From Clostridia bacterium (lineage in GTDB: Bacteria > Bacillota > Clostridia > TANB77 > CAG-465): a DNA stretch of 64,000 bases. The stretch covers positions 23,657-87,656 of the forward strand of contig JAVXAF010000002.1 of the NCBI GenBank assembly GCA_036660635.1, written 5' to 3'. The position numbers and the translations under genes are program-made. Under the pieces are notes generated by a model. It ran no database searches. It was not told the DNA's origin and worked only from the letters and a program-made list of their open reading frames with translations. Below, piece by piece: positions 63,204-64,000 of this stretch (position 1 is its first letter; the number at the start of each line of letters is the position of its first letter).

Positions 63204-64000
63204 ATGAAACAGATATTAAAAATGAATTCAGATAATGCAAAGAAATATTTTTTAAAAGAAAAGAGTTATTTTAATGTAGATTTACCACCATATTTTAAAT
63301 TTCAAGACATATTAAATAGCTGTGAACAATCTCTATTAGTAGAAAAAGATATAAAGAATTTATATAAAACGGGAAAATTTCCAAAAAATTGTGAAAATGT
63401 GAATTATAAATTTTTATGCAACAAAGATGGAAAATTTGCATGGAGACCTTTTCAAATAATACATCCATTGTTATACGTAAATTTAGTTAATCAAATAACC
63501 CAAAATGAAAATTGGAATAAAATTCAAAAACGTTTTGTGGAATTTAAAAAAAATAAGAATATTGTTTGTTGTAGCGATTTACTAGAATCTGATACTAAAT
63601 TGCATGATAAATTTTCAACAATAATGAATTGGTGGGGAAAGTTTGAACAACAATCAATAGAATTATCAGCACAATATTCAAAAATTGCTTGTACAGATAT
63701 AACGGATTGTTATGGAAGTATATATACACATACCATAGTTTGGGCAATAGAAGGCAGGGATATTGCTAAGCAAAAAAAGAATGATAAAAAATTCAATAAA
63801 ACAATTTCTCCACAAATAGATAAACTATTACAAGAGATGTCTTATGGTGAAACAAATGGAATTCCACAAGGCAGCGCTTTAATGGATTTTATAGCAGAAA
63901 TAGTATTAGGTTATGCGGATTTATTATTGACTGAAAAACTAGAAACATTACAAATAAAAAATTACAAAATTTTGAGATATAGAGATGATTATCGAATATT
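63204..64000 (+). CDS. Reverse transcriptase, stand-alone defence-type (Abi/UG/DRT-like), 3' end outside window
   Basis: Not in the ORF track because it runs off the window. AAGGAG RBS at 63193-63198. Translated motifs are FAWRPFQIIHPLLYV (RT1/2-like), ACTDITDCYGSIYTH (motif A Asp), NGIPQGSALMDFIAEIVL (motif B) and KILRYRDDYRI (motif C, YxDD). Confidence 0.85.
   Translation, partial: MKQILKMNSDNAKKYFLKEKSYFNVDLPPYFKFQDILNSCEQSLLVEKDIKNLYKTGKFPKNCENVNYKFLCNKDGKFAWRPFQIIHPLLYVNLVNQITQNENWNKIQKRFVEFKKNKNIVCCSDLLESDTKLHDKFSTIMNWWGKFEQQSIELSAQYSKIACTDITDCYGSIYTHTIVWAIEGRDIAKQKKNDKKFNKTISPQIDKLLQEMSYGETNGIPQGSALMDFIAEIVLGYADLLLTEKLETLQIKNYKILRYRDDYRI

Larger units (their letters stand above)
62859..64000 (+). 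mobile_element. Left end of a putative skin-like intervening element interrupting sigK (extends beyond window)
   Basis: Similarity to sigK ends abruptly at about 62858. None of the three forward frames downstream encodes the missing SigK C-terminus. The DNA that follows is non-coding, then an RT gene. No recombinase or 3' sigK segment is visible in the window. Confidence 0.45.

Overview
Strongly AT-rich chromosomal segment from an endospore-forming Firmicute that looks Clostridia-like. I could not run searches, so no species call is made. Most genes are on the + strand, with strong GGAGG-type ribosome-binding sites. All protein family calls are by-eye motif recognition on the supplied translations, and several start codons were moved from the ORF track to the ATG/TTG with the best RBS spacing.

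Ordinary content:
- Housekeeping genes: murD (3' part), walRK-like two-component system, tatD, tRNA-Pro, catalase, acpS, metG, signal peptidase I, holB, yaaT/ricT, ferredoxin, T-box-controlled valS, a CDF transporter, ybeY, dgkA, cdd, polC, hpf, sua5/tsaC, adk and map.
- Sporulation genes: yqfC, yqfD, a GerA-family protein, a dacF/dacB-like carboxypeptidase, spoIID, a spoIIQ-like M23 protein, spoIIID, mreB/mbl and sigK.

Four regions are not ordinary:
1. About 31.2-49.6 kb: a 15-gene, single-strand Tad/type IVc-like filament locus. It has a CpaB-like protein, two ParA-fold proteins without a P-loop, and a membrane-anchored, motif-divergent CpaF-like ATPase. A large polytopic platform candidate follows. 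It also has five near-leaderless Flp-like pilin paralogs that lack the G/xxxxEY processing signature, with no prepilin peptidase in cis. Two paralogous TM-anchored proteins carry dockerin-like and PKD/Ig-like modules. A 1142-aa secreted protein ends the locus. This is my best candidate for an undescribed system.
2. 62.2-64.0 kb: sigK stops inside the region 4.2 helix-turn-helix. The flanking DNA opens with a stand-alone reverse transcriptase of the defence (Abi/UG/DRT-like) kind. This suggests a skin-like intervening element with RT cargo that continues beyond the window.
3. About 21-24 kb: an agr-like quorum-sensing module. It has an agrD that was not in the ORF track and convergent agrC/agrA-like genes.
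4. About 4.8-6.3 kb: a duplicated tRNA-Pro 3' end plus terminator brackets a 1.3-kb insert that has 12-bp tandem repeats.

No CRISPR array, rRNA, transposase or integrase gene was seen in the window.
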